Shown here: positions 45,811 through 55,914 of the stretch, in pieces
How the letters are laid out: each line of letters opens with the position of its first letter
Numbering within the stretch: position 1 is the stretch's first letter
Assembly: GCA_000996245.1 (NCBI GenBank)
Contig: LBYP01000004.1
Location: forward strand, 10,860-74,859
Origin: Parcubacteria group bacterium GW2011_GWA2_40_23
Lineage (GTDB): Bacteria > Patescibacteriota > Patescibacteriia > UBA11705 > JABHMO01
DNA: 64,000 nucleotides
Direction of reading: 5' to 3'
Translations under genes and position numbers: made by a program
The notes under the pieces: generated by a model
Database searches by the model: none
Told to the model about the DNA's origin: nothing
The model's input: the letters and a program-made list of their open reading frames with translations, nothing else

Positions 45811-46668
45811 TTATACAGAGACACCAAGAACTTCGCGAATAATATAACCGATGATAAATGATATTAAGGCAACGCTTAAACTTAAGATTACCATTTCCCA
45901 AAATTTTCTTTTAAAGGGGACTTCTTTCACAACTGAAATATAATAGTTGAACAGAAAGATTATCAGAATGGCAAGTAGAATTGTAGCACCAAGCGCGAGA
46001 TATGGGTTTGTAAATATGAAAAATGGAAGAGTTAATATAACTGCAGTTATTATGTAAGTTATGCCCGTATAAATTCCAGATCTTAATGCAGTTCTTGATT
46101 TTTGTTCTGCTTTTTGTGAAAGATATTCCGAAGCAGCCAGAGAAAATGTTGCTGAAAATCCAGTCACTAATCCGGCCAAGGCAATTAAATTTGTTTGCTG
46201 AAAAGCAAGAGTAAAACCAGCTAAGGCGCCAGTAAGTTCAACAAGTGAATCATTAAGACTTAAAACAATGGCACCAATAAAATGTATTTTTGTTTCTTTT
46301 AGAAGGTGCATTAACTTTTTTTCATGTTCTTGTTCTTCTTTTATTATTTTTTCGATCTCAGTATTGTCCTTGGCGTATTCTTTATATAAATGTTGTGATC
46401 TGCGTTCTTCATTTTCCATGGATTTTATGGCGAATGATAAGCCTAGGATGTGAGAAAGAAAAAGAACCCAAAATGTTTCCCAGTTATTTGCCACAACCTT
46501 TGTTTTTGAGAGACTCGCCCAAAAATCATGATGTTTTTGTTCATCAGTGGCTATCTTTTCTAGTGCATCTCGACGTTCAGCAGTTTTTGCTTGACGTGCA
46601 AGTTTTAGATATAGTTTGTACCCAGTCAGTTCTTTCTTTTGAAAATTTAGAATAAGGCTTTGTTCCAT
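45811..46668 (-). CDS. Rubrerythrin-like + VIT1/CCC1 metal transporter
   Basis: N-terminal ExxH motifs (DEQKH, EEQEHE); LNDSLVELTGALAG, SLAASEYLS. Confidence 0.85.
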   Translation of the reverse strand: MEQSLILNFQKKELTGYKLYLKLARQAKTAERRDALEKIATDEQKHHDFWASLSKTKVVANNWETFWVLFLSHILGLSFAIKSMENEERRSQHLYKEYAKDNTEIEKIIKEEQEHEKKLMHLLKETKIHFIGAIVLSLNDSLVELTGALAGFTLAFQQTNLIALAGLVTGFSATFSLAASEYLSQKAEQKSRTALRSGIYTGITYIITAVILTLPFFIFTNPYLALGATILLAILIIFLFNYYISVVKEVPFKRKFWEMVILSLSVALISFIIGYIIREVLGVSV

Positions 46669-46819
46669 ATTTTTGTAGAGTTTTAGGACTATATTATAAA
46701 CTTATTATAGCATTTATGGACATAAATATACACTATTTTAGCTAAATTTATTGCCAAATTGGGGATAATTCAATGGCTTGGTTTGACTTTTGGATTGTAT
46801 TGTGCTATAATAAAAGGGT

Positions 46820-47983
46820 ATGAAAATTGCTTTCATTGGTCAAAAAGGTATCCCTATGAAATTCGGTGGTGTTGAAAAACACGTCGAAAGTCTCGCTGTT
46901 GGTTTAGCTGAACGTGGGCATGATGTCTATGCTTATACCCGTCCTTGGTATACACCTAAAAAATTAAAAATTTATAAAGGCGTGCATTTGATTTCTTTGG
47001 GTTCTTTTAAGACCAAACATTTAGATGCTATTAGTCATTCTTTTAAGGCTAGCATTGATGTTTTGCGTCGTAATTTTGATGTCGTACATTATCATGGAGT
47101 TGGTCCAGCATTAATGGCTTGGATTCCGAAATTATTTAAGCCTAGCTGTAAGGTTGTCATTACCTTTCACTGTATTGATCGCTACCATCAAAAATGGGGT
47201 TTGCTCGCTCGCCTAGCGCTTTATTTGGGTGAATGGGCGGCTGTTCATTTTGCAGATGACACCATTACAGTTTCAAAAACATTACAAAATTATTGCGCTG
47301 ATACTTATAGTGCCGATACCATTTATATTCCTAATGGGGTTGATATTGTTAAAGATACTTCAGCCGAAATTATTAAAAAGAAATATGGTTTAACAAAGGG
47401 AAGTTATATTCTTTTCTTATCTCGATTAGTTAAGCATAAAGGCGCTCACTACCTTATTGAAGCCTATAATCAACTTCATACAGATAAGAAATTGGTGATT
47501 GCCGGTGGTTCTGCTTTTACAGATGATTATGTTAAATTTTTAAAAAAACAAGCACAATACAATCCTAATATAATTTTTACTGGTAATGTGGAGGGTGGTA
47601 GTCGTGAATGGAAAGAATTATATTCAAATGCTTACCTCTTTGTGCATCCATCTGAAAGTGAAGGCTTGCCGATTGTTGTTTTAGAAGCCATGAGTTTCGG
47701 TTTGCCGGTGCTGGCTTCAAATATCCGTGAGAACATGGAAGCCATTGCCGGTGGTCATGGATTTAGTTTTAAGAATAAAAATGTTAATGATTTGAAAAAG
47801 AAATTAGAGCATTTAATTAATTCTCCGAAATTAGTTAATGAGGTTGGGCTTGATGCCAAAAAATATGTTCTTGAAAACTACAGTTGGGTTGATATTGTTA
47901 ATTCAGTTGAACATGTGTATCAGGAACTTTTGAGTTTTAATGTTGTAAATAGTTTTTCGGGGAAAGCAATTCATATCAGATAA
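46820..47983 (+). CDS. GT4-family glycosyltransferase
   Basis: GQKGIP..FGGVE, IPNG, SRLVKHKG, PSESEGLPIVVLEAMS. Confidence 0.92.
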   Translation: MKIAFIGQKGIPMKFGGVEKHVESLAVGLAERGHDVYAYTRPWYTPKKLKIYKGVHLISLGSFKTKHLDAISHSFKASIDVLRRNFDVVHYHGVGPALMAWIPKLFKPSCKVVITFHCIDRYHQKWGLLARLALYLGEWAAVHFADDTITVSKTLQNYCADTYSADTIYIPNGVDIVKDTSAEIIKKKYGLTKGSYILFLSRLVKHKGAHYLIEAYNQLHTDKKLVIAGGSAFTDDYVKFLKKQAQYNPNIIFTGNVEGGSREWKELYSNAYLFVHPSESEGLPIVVLEAMSFGLPVLASNIRENMEAIAGGHGFSFKNKNVNDLKKKLEHLINSPKLVNEVGLDAKKYVLENYSWVDIVNSVEHVYQELLSFNVVNSFSGKAIHIR

Positions 47984-48005
47984 AATATAAACATGTACCG
48001 CATCG

Positions 48006-48033
48006 GTAGGGAACAAAAATTTTTGTTCCCTAC
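48006..48033. repeat. GTAG-type REP-like palindrome (copy 2)
   Basis: Perfect 28-bp palindrome GTAGGGAACAAAAATTTTTGTTCCCTAC, with outer arms spanning 47993-48050. Confidence 0.85.
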
Positions 48034-48053
48034 CGAACAATACGGTACATTTT

Positions 48054-48341
48054 TTATTTTATCGGTGTAATAATTTTAGGGTCTGGACTATATTTTTTGT
48101 TCTTGATCTTCCATTGTTCTACGTACTGTCCCAGACCCTTTTGGTTGAATTTGTTCTTGACCGAAGTTCTGTTTTGTGACCAGCTTAAGAGGCTTTCGAA
48201 GTTTATTTTGTAACGTCCTTGAACCACAATATATCTTAGTTCTTCGCGACTAAGGGCTCGGCGGACAGTGTGTGGATCCACTCCAAAAAGGCGGGCAGCC
48301 TCTGATACAGAGACTCTAATTGGATGTTTCTCTTGTTCCAT
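48054..48341 (-). CDS. Excisionase-like HTH DNA-binding protein
   Basis: SVSEAARLFGVDPHTVRRAL...GRYKI. Confidence 0.8.
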   Translation of the reverse strand: MEQEKHPIRVSVSEAARLFGVDPHTVRRALSREELRYIVVQGRYKINFESLLSWSQNRTSVKNKFNQKGLGQYVEQWKIKNKKYSPDPKIITPIK

Positions 48342-48513
48342 AAATAGGCGTATTTGTCTACACTAGTGTATACAATTTAGGCATTTTTAGCATACTCTCC
48401 TGGTTGTATTTCGTCAAGTGGGGAAGCAAAATAAAGTTCAATTTTAGAGGTTTTCCCCATTTACTTTTTGATAGTTATCCTGTATAGTGTGCTACATCAG
48501 CCTGAACAAATTT

Positions 48514-48542
48514 TGTAACAAAATTAACCCTTTAACGTCATA
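48514..48542 (+). promoter_or_regulatory. Putative ECF autoregulatory promoter
   Basis: TGTAAC-N16-CGTCA immediately before the ECF start codon. Confidence 0.5.
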
Positions 48543-48546
48543 TTAG

Positions 48547-49098
48547 ATGAGTGCAAATTCTTTGCAAGAAAAATTCCTGATATACAAGGTACGGCAAAAC
48601 AAAGATGCAGAAGCATACGGAAAACTTTATGATTGCTATATCGATCGAATTTACCGGTTTGTCTACTTTAAAGTGAGTGTGCGCGAGGACGCAGAGGACA
48701 TCACCTCAGAAGTGTTTTTGAAGGCCTGGGAGTACATAAATACTACGACCAGGAAAATAGAAAACTTTAATGCGCTTATTTACCGGGTAGCTAGAAATTC
48801 AGTCATTGATTATTATCGTAACAAAAGAATCAATGTTAGTACTGATGATGAAGATAACATGATTCAAATCCAGGATAAAGAAAATATAGTTGCAAAAATG
48901 GATGTCGTAATAGATCGCGGAAATATAGAAAAACTGTTGAGTCATTTAAAAGAAGTCTATCGCGACGTTATACTGCTAAAATACATTGAAGAATATAGTA
49001 TCAGTGAAATAGCCGACATTACCGGGAAATCAAAAGCGAATGTGCGTGTGCTCTTGCACCGAGGCATTCAAGCTCTAAAAGAAATAAGCGAAGGTTAA
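48547..49098 (+). CDS. ECF sigma factor
   Basis: DAEDITSEVFLKAW, IYRVARNSVIDYYR, EIADITGKSKANVRVLLHRG. Confidence 0.92.
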   Translation: MSANSLQEKFLIYKVRQNKDAEAYGKLYDCYIDRIYRFVYFKVSVREDAEDITSEVFLKAWEYINTTTRKIENFNALIYRVARNSVIDYYRNKRINVSTDDEDNMIQIQDKENIVAKMDVVIDRGNIEKLLSHLKEVYRDVILLKYIEEYSISEIADITGKSKANVRVLLHRGIQALKEISEG

Positions 49099-49102
49099 AA
49101 CA

Positions 49103-50233
49103 ATGGACAACATTGTCGAACAACTTAAGACTTTGAAAGAGATTAAACCGCGCGCAGAATGGGTAAATTCTTCACGCGAACTTTTGTTATCTCAAATTAG
49201 CGCGCAAGCTGAAAATTCCAAAACATTAGTTGGTGCCAATGTTTGGTTCTTTTTTAAATCAGCAATGCCAAGCGGGGTGCTACGTTTTGTCGCGCAGCCA
49301 ATTGGAGTTTTGAGTGTTATTCTTCTCTTTATTGCTGGAACAGGAATTTTGGGTGTAAATGCTTCAAAAACAAGTTTGCCGGGCGATTTACTTTATCCAG
49401 TAAAATTAACCTCAGAAAAAGTTTCGCTTTCTTTAATTATAAATGACAGTAAAAAAGCCGAAAAACATCTTGAATATGCAGAAGAACGAGTCAAAGAAAT
49501 GGAGGCTGTTTCAGCTCAACCATTAGAAACTCAAGACAAGAAAGATAAGATTAAGCAAGCTGTTTCTGGATTAATGGATCAAATGGAAGGCGCACAAAAT
49601 CAATTAGATAAAGTTAAAGATGCGAATGAATTGGGACAGACTGAAAATAAAGTTATTGTAGAAGTTGCTCTTGGCGTTGATAAGAAAGCAGAAGAACTAA
49701 GTCAGAAAATTGCCATTCAAAAAGAAGAATATAAAGAAGATAAAGAACTCGAAACAGCTTTTGGAGCCGCACAAGCATCAACCAATCAAACTGGCGTGAA
49801 GGCTGTAGAGGTAGTTATTAACGGCGTTGAAAATTCAAAACTAGAAATGCCGACCAAGGAAATCATGAACGTTATTCAAAAGAAAATAGAAAACACAGCG
49901 GTGACAGTTGAAGAAATGAAAAAGTCTATTGAACAGGCTGGCGCAGTTGAAAATCAGGTTGATGTGATTCTCGAAATGAAAGATAGACCAACAACCGCAA
50001 CATCAACACTTTCTGAAGCTCAGGAATTTTTAAACCAAGGCGATTTAACAGGCGCAATTGAAAGAATAAAAACAACAGTTGGAATCACTAACGAAGTTAA
50101 AGATACTGTTAGTCATGTTGAAGCGACTATTGTTTCCCCTGCTCCGGTTGTTAATAGTACTGTGGTCGTTCCAGAGCCAGCGGCTGTGGATGTTAAAGTG
50201 AATACGGATGTGATTATTAAACCTACTAATTAA
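49103..50233 (+). CDS. DUF5667-like putative anti-sigma factor
   Basis: TM helix then SLPGDLLYPVKL.SEK...AEERVKE; directly after the ECF gene. Confidence 0.75.
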   Translation: MDNIVEQLKTLKEIKPRAEWVNSSRELLLSQISAQAENSKTLVGANVWFFFKSAMPSGVLRFVAQPIGVLSVILLFIAGTGILGVNASKTSLPGDLLYPVKLTSEKVSLSLIINDSKKAEKHLEYAEERVKEMEAVSAQPLETQDKKDKIKQAVSGLMDQMEGAQNQLDKVKDANELGQTENKVIVEVALGVDKKAEELSQKIAIQKEEYKEDKELETAFGAAQASTNQTGVKAVEVVINGVENSKLEMPTKEIMNVIQKKIENTAVTVEEMKKSIEQAGAVENQVDVILEMKDRPTTATSTLSEAQEFLNQGDLTGAIERIKTTVGITNEVKDTVSHVEATIVSPAPVVNSTVVVPEPAAVDVKVNTDVIIKPTN

Positions 50234-50401
50234 GTAATTATTATAAAATCCTAAAGAACTCTCTTTGGGTTGTGGTGGCCAGCAGGTCGAGGGGTGTCAA
50301 AACCTCGGTTGCTACATAACTAAAATTAAAAGGTGGTATGTGATTATTTCTAGCTATAGAGGAAATAATTCGTACTGCCGATAAGAAAGATTAAATTAAG
50401 T

Positions 50402-53400
50402 ATGAAAAAAGTTCTAGTCATGAGCGTGGTGTTAGCCACACTTGTATGGACAATGGGACTAGCTACATTTATTCCTGCCGTTTCAGCTGCTACTTTAACA
50501 GCTGGCGACTTGATTAAGGGTAGTGGTTCAGCTGTGTATTTTTACGCTGCTGATGGAAAACGTTATACTTTTCCAACATTGTCAACATACATGACCTGGT
50601 ATGCTGATTTTTCAACAGTGAAAACAATCACTGACAGCGAAATGGCAGCTATTTCTTTAGCTGGTAATGTAGTTGTTAGACCAGGTACAAAGTTGATCAA
50701 GATCGACACAGTTCCAAAAGTTTTTGCAGTCGAACCTAAGGGTAAATTAGTTTGGGTAGCTTCTGAAGCTGTTGCAAACACTCTTTATGGTGCTGATTGG
50801 GCAAAAAAGATTGTCACAATTCCAGATGGATTTTGGACAAACTATACAGACTCAGGTTTATCTTTAAGTGGTACTACATATCCAGAAGGACAGCTTGTTA
50901 AATGGGCTGGCTCAACAAACGTATATTATGTAACAGGCGGTAAGAAGGCTTTAGTGTCTTCAGATGCTGTTCTTGCTGCTAATATGTGGAAAGCTGGTGA
51001 TGTAGTTACTGCTCCTGCATCAATTATAATGGTAGATGGCACAGCTATTACAGCTGCAGTCGCTACTCTTGTTGATGTCTCACAGGGCGGGGGCGCTGGT
51101 TCAGTTGTTGTCCCAACGGGTGCTGGCACTTTGACAGTTGCTTTGGCTGGTGACACTCCAGCTGCATCTCCAGTTGCTGTTTCAGGTACTGCAAATTTTG
51201 TTAAATTTGGTTTAACAGCTAACGGCGCTGCCATGACTGTTTCAAAGATTCTCATCACTAAAGGTGGGTATTCAGGAACAGGTGATGTTGAAAATATCAA
51301 GATTACAGATTTAAGCGGTGTTGGTTTGACAAATTCAACAAGCTTGAACACAAACGGAACAGCTAACTTAACATTTTCTCCAGCTCTTTCATTGGCCGCT
51401 GGTGAAACAAGATATTTCTATGTTAAGTCAGGTATCGTTGCAGGTGTTAGTTCTGGTGTAACAGTCTCATTTGCTATTGCCGCTTCTTCTGATGTTACTT
51501 CATCAGCTGCAACAGTAGCTGGTAATTTCCCTGTTTTGGGAAATGCTATGAGCGTTGTTGCTGTCACTATTGGTACTGCTAAGGTTTATACTGATGGTAC
51601 TGTAACTGACACAACTCCAGATTCTGGCGATAATAACGTTATTATCAACAAATTCAGAGTCGAAGCTGGTACTACAGAAGCTATTACCATTGAATCTATT
51701 ACTTTAATGGAAGCTGGTACTGCTGGCTTATCTGATGTTAAAAATCTAGAATTATGGAGCGTTACTCAAAATAAATCTTTGGGTGAAGTCGCTGCCTATG
51801 ATTCTAATGGTAAGGTTAGCTTTACAAACTTGAACATTGTTGTTGGTAAAGGTGAAATCCATCGCTTTTCTGTTCGCGAGGACATTGTAAGCGGTGCTGG
51901 TTTAACAACCAATACTGACCTCGTAGATGGAACAGAAGTTTTAATGTCAGTTAAAGGAAATGCTTATGGTTTCTATATAACTGCTACTGATCCAAATACC
52001 TGGGGTGGTAAAGGGGCTTCTGACCAAACCATCAACACTGGTGCCTTGAGCATTTCAAAGTCAACTACAACTCCTGCTACAGGCAAGATTGCAGAAGCTG
52101 CTGATCAATTATTAGCAGTATTTGATGTTGAAGCTAAGGGTGAAGATGTAAGAGTTTCAGCGTTCAAAGTTACATTTACATTAGGTGGCACAGGTGATGG
52201 TGCTGACTTAATTTCATGTAAATTGACAGATAAAGATGGTCTTTTGGTAGCTGGCCCAGCTGATGGAACAGATGCTTTAGACTATGTTAACTTCACTGAT
52301 ACTTTTGTTGTTCCGGTTGGAATCAACAAATATTCATTGAAGTGTCGTGTCTTTGATAGCGATTCAAATGACTTCACTGGTGGTGCAACTTACCAAATGG
52401 TAGCAACAGCTGCTACTGGTATTACAGCTAAGGGTGTTTCAACTAACGATTCAATTACTGCATCTGGAACAGCTACTGCCAATGTTATGACAGTTGCTAC
52501 GGTTGCGTTAACTGCAACTACTCTTGGTACACCTGCAGCGCAAAGTGTTGCTGCTGGTACAGCTAACATGATTTGGTCTACATTTACATTAGATGCTGCT
52601 AATTCCGGCGAAAATGTTAATGTTACTAACGTAGTGTTAGAAGATACTGTTACTGTTGCTGGTAATGCAGAAGATATTGATAACGTTGAAGTTTGGTGCG
52701 ATCAATCGAGCGCATCTAGCGAACGTGGTGATATCTACGAAAAGAAGGTTTCTGATACAGAGTCTTGGGAAGGAACTGGTAATGGAGATGATCTATTATC
52801 AGTTAACTTTGTTGAAACTGTAACAGTGACTAAGAATTCATTTGTTAAGTGCGCGGTTGTTGCTGACCTAGGTTCTGGTGCTGGCGCTGGTGAAAAACAC
52901 ACAATCAGTTTAGATACTGATTCCGGTGATGTCACAGCTACTGGTGCTGACACTGGCGCAACAGCAACTGTTACTCCTACAGGAGCTGGTCAAACAATGA
53001 CTGTAGCTGCTAACGGCACATTAACAGTTTCTGTTGATGCAACTTCTCCAAAAGCTGCTATCTTCGTTTCAAGCGAAGCTAAGCAAACGGTTGCAGTCTT
53101 TAAATTGGCTGCTAACTCTGTTGAAGCATTGGATCTTGATGAATTAACTTTGACTGATGATGGTTCTGATACTGGTGTTGCTACATATTATATCTACAGT
53201 AGCAGACGCGCTGATGGCGTCGCTGTTACTGAACCTATTGCAAGCACTCCAGGTCAAGCTGCAGTTACTGCAGTTATAACTGATGGAACAGTTTCTGTTC
53301 CTGCAGGTAGCTATGTATTAATTACTGTTAAGGCTGACATCAATTACATTGATGGTACAACTATCGACAATGGTGCTACTCTTGAAGTCACTGTTGCTGA

Positions 53401-54022
53401 TGGAAGCACAGATGTTTTGACAACAGGTCTTTCTTCTGGTGCTGCAGTAGTTGGTACTGCTACAAACTATGACGCTGCTACTCATCAATTGTATGAGGCT
53501 CGTCCAGTTGTAACTAAGGATAGCAGTTCTCCAAGTGGCACTATCGGTACTGGTGCTAGCACTTTGGTTGCAGTTTTTAAGATTGACAATGCAAGTGGTA
53601 CTCAGGATATCGTGATGTCAGCTGCTAATGACGATGACATGGTATTCAACTTGTCAGGTTCTGCTACTGGAGTTTCTTGTGCTGGTGGTTGCGCTGTAGT
53701 CTTTAAGGATAAGAATGGCAATTTATTGTCAGATTCACAAACAGCTATTAACCTTGGTGGTGGCATTGCTGTTACTAATCTTAACCTAGACTTTACAGAT
53801 GGCACATTAACTGTTCCTGTTGGTGATTACGAGTTGGTCAAGGTCTATGCTAATACCACAGACTTTACAACAGCTGGTAATTCATTACAGGTTTGGTTGG
53901 ATGATGCTGCTGCAGCTAACTTCTCTTGGGGTATCGACAGCTCTGCTGGTGGTGCTCAAGTTATGGAAACTGCAGACATCTCATGGCGCGGTGATATCTA
54001 TGGTAATACACTTGGTAAATAA
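50402..54022 (+). CDS. Large secreted surface (S-layer-like) protein
   Basis: Signal peptide; 1206 aa, T/A/G/V/D-rich beta repeats; strong GCT/ACT/GGT codon bias. Confidence 0.8.
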   Translation: MKKVLVMSVVLATLVWTMGLATFIPAVSAATLTAGDLIKGSGSAVYFYAADGKRYTFPTLSTYMTWYADFSTVKTITDSEMAAISLAGNVVVRPGTKLIKIDTVPKVFAVEPKGKLVWVASEAVANTLYGADWAKKIVTIPDGFWTNYTDSGLSLSGTTYPEGQLVKWAGSTNVYYVTGGKKALVSSDAVLAANMWKAGDVVTAPASIIMVDGTAITAAVATLVDVSQGGGAGSVVVPTGAGTLTVALAGDTPAASPVAVSGTANFVKFGLTANGAAMTVSKILITKGGYSGTGDVENIKITDLSGVGLTNSTSLNTNGTANLTFSPALSLAAGETRYFYVKSGIVAGVSSGVTVSFAIAASSDVTSSAATVAGNFPVLGNAMSVVAVTIGTAKVYTDGTVTDTTPDSGDNNVIINKFRVEAGTTEAITIESITLMEAGTAGLSDVKNLELWSVTQNKSLGEVAAYDSNGKVSFTNLNIVVGKGEIHRFSVREDIVSGAGLTTNTDLVDGTEVLMSVKGNAYGFYITATDPNTWGGKGASDQTINTGALSISKSTTTPATGKIAEAADQLLAVFDVEAKGEDVRVSAFKVTFTLGGTGDGADLISCKLTDKDGLLVAGPADGTDALDYVNFTDTFVVPVGINKYSLKCRVFDSDSNDFTGGATYQMVATAATGITAKGVSTNDSITASGTATANVMTVATVALTATTLGTPAAQSVAAGTANMIWSTFTLDAANSGENVNVTNVVLEDTVTVAGNAEDIDNVEVWCDQSSASSERGDIYEKKVSDTESWEGTGNGDDLLSVNFVETVTVTKNSFVKCAVVADLGSGAGAGEKHTISLDTDSGDVTATGADTGATATVTPTGAGQTMTVAANGTLTVSVDATSPKAAIFVSSEAKQTVAVFKLAANSVEALDLDELTLTDDGSDTGVATYYIYSSRRADGVAVTEPIASTPGQAAVTAVITDGTVSVPAGSYVLITVKADINYIDGTTIDNGATLEVTVADGSTDVLTTGLSSGAAVVGTATNYDAATHQLYEARPVVTKDSSSPSGTIGTGASTLVAVFKIDNASGTQDIVMSAANDDDMVFNLSGSATGVSCAGGCAVVFKDKNGNLLSDSQTAINLGGGIAVTNLNLDFTDGTLTVPVGDYELVKVYANTTDFTTAGNSLQVWLDDAAAANFSWGIDSSAGGAQVMETADISWRGDIYGNTLGK

Positions 54023-54039
54023 TCAAGTTCGTATATCGT

Positions 54040-54081
54040 AAAAAAGAGTTCCCCCGTTTTAACGGGGGTCTCTTTTTTTTC
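54040..54081 (+). terminator. Intrinsic terminator
   Basis: GAG..CCCCGTT/AACGGGG..CTC stem followed by T tract. Confidence 0.7.
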
Positions 54082-54126
54082 TTTAAAATCTGCTATAATA
54101 TAGAAAAGAATAAAATTTACTAGAAT

Positions 54127-55737
54127 ATGAAAAGATTAATGATTCCTTTATTATTATTTTTTGTTTTAGCAGTACCTGCTTTGGCCATGGATGATTCTTT
54201 GTTTGAAAAGAATGATGTGCCCACTGCAACGTGGTATGTCGGGCAGTTCGATAAATTAGCATTAGAGGTAACGATACCTTCTGGAAATGGCGGAGTAGAT
54301 AGTTTGAATGCACTAACCGTTGTAAATGCGGGAAATGCCTACTATGCTCATGGTTTACAAAATTTACGTTTATGGGCTGATGCAGGTTCCCCTGGTTTTC
54401 AGGGCTGGGGAGTTGACACTGATTTTGGTCCTGGGAGTTCTTCCGGTTTACAAAATTCCTGGGTTTGGAATAATTTAGATGTGAGTATCGGAGCAGAGGG
54501 AAAAAGATTTTTTGTCAGCACTGAAATGTGGACTACGGTGCCATTAACATCAGTTAACTATACAGTACAATTAAAAATTCCAGAGTTATTAGATGTTAAT
54601 AATAATGGTTTTTACGATGCGGATGACCAGGGTGTTTTCATGGAATCAAAGAACAATGGTCCGTTGACTGATTCAGTTATGAACGGGCCAAGTCAAATTA
54701 TCAGTTATGCTAATAGCGATGTTGAAGGGCCAAAAGTAATTTTGAATAATATTAGTAATAATCAGGTTTTAACTTCAAGTTCTTATGTGATTCAAGGGCA
54801 GGCACGCGATCAGGGAAAATCCTCTACTGAGTTTGTGAAGATAAAGATTTCAAAAGTTGGAGGAACGGCTGGAGAGTTGGTTTTAACTGATTCCTTGACT
54901 GATAATTATTCATCTTGGAGATACGTCTGGACTGGCATAGAAGATGGTACTTACAAGATTCAAACACAGTCGCAGGATTTCATGGGGTATTTGTCTTCAA
55001 CCACAGCTATTACAGTGGTTGTTAACAAGGGCGGCGAATTAGCTCAGCAATATTCATCAGTTTCTCTCGATAAAAACACTGCAGTTGCCAATGGAAGTGA
55101 CACTATTAATGTTAATGTCATACTTCGAAATGGAGATGATTATCCATTAAAAGACAAAACAGTTTATTTAAAAGAAGTTCGTGATAGTGGAGATGTAATT
55201 GTTAAAACATCTGGTTCTGGCGCTTTGGGTAAAGTTGTTTTTGCTTTACGCGCCTATGATCCTTCAGTCGGTACTTATAAAATAACAATGGATGATGAAC
55301 AAATAGGCCAAAACTTCACTCTTTCTTTTGTAGAAAAGAAAGCAGATGATTCTAGCGACTATACCGAGGGTCGTTGGATAAGAATAGATGGTCACCCAGC
55401 AGTATATTTTCTTGATGCTAATAATGTAAGACATGCGTATCCAACACAATCAGTTTGGGAAAGTTATTTCGGTACTGATTTTTCTAAGGTTGAAAAAGTT
55501 ACAGCGACTGAAATGGCTAATTACACCCTAGGTAAAAATGTGACTTTCAAAATTGGTACTTTAATGAAATTGCCAACAGTTACAAAAGTTTATAAGGTTG
55601 AAAGCGAAGGTGTTATCCGTTGGGTCACAAATGAATTTGTGGCGCGCGCTTATTTCGGCGTTGATTGGGCAGATAAGATAAGAACTATTCCTGATTCTTT
55701 CTTTACAGATTATAAGGAAGGCGCTGATATTTACTAA
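54127..55737 (+). CDS. Secreted Ig-like domain protein with C-terminal surface module
   Basis: Signal peptide; invasin/Big_1-like AVANGSDTINVNVILRN; C-terminus similar to the N-terminus of 50402. Confidence 0.8.
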   Translation: MKRLMIPLLLFFVLAVPALAMDDSLFEKNDVPTATWYVGQFDKLALEVTIPSGNGGVDSLNALTVVNAGNAYYAHGLQNLRLWADAGSPGFQGWGVDTDFGPGSSSGLQNSWVWNNLDVSIGAEGKRFFVSTEMWTTVPLTSVNYTVQLKIPELLDVNNNGFYDADDQGVFMESKNNGPLTDSVMNGPSQIISYANSDVEGPKVILNNISNNQVLTSSSYVIQGQARDQGKSSTEFVKIKISKVGGTAGELVLTDSLTDNYSSWRYVWTGIEDGTYKIQTQSQDFMGYLSSTTAITVVVNKGGELAQQYSSVSLDKNTAVANGSDTINVNVILRNGDDYPLKDKTVYLKEVRDSGDVIVKTSGSGALGKVVFALRAYDPSVGTYKITMDDEQIGQNFTLSFVEKKADDSSDYTEGRWIRIDGHPAVYFLDANNVRHAYPTQSVWESYFGTDFSKVEKVTATEMANYTLGKNVTFKIGTLMKLPTVTKVYKVESEGVIRWVTNEFVARAYFGVDWADKIRTIPDSFFTDYKEGADIY

Positions 55738-55914
55738 AAAGTTATCCACAGCTAAATAGAGGATGTCGATCTAGGTCGACATCTTTTTTTATTTTCCAAA
55801 TTCTCGATAGTCTGCCTTGTCGAATCAGTCAGTCAAAAACACCTCTCGGTTACAGAAAAATAATGAAACAATGTTAGTAGACATAGCTAGGTCTACTAAT
55901 TAATTAAAAAATGT

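Noticed and set aside
48054-48341. Excisionase-like gene as a prophage marker
   Set aside because: No integrase or phage structural genes nearby
14046-55750. DnaA boxes (14046, 45269, 55742) as oriC
   Set aside because: They are single isolated boxes, with no cluster and no dnaA or dnaN in the window
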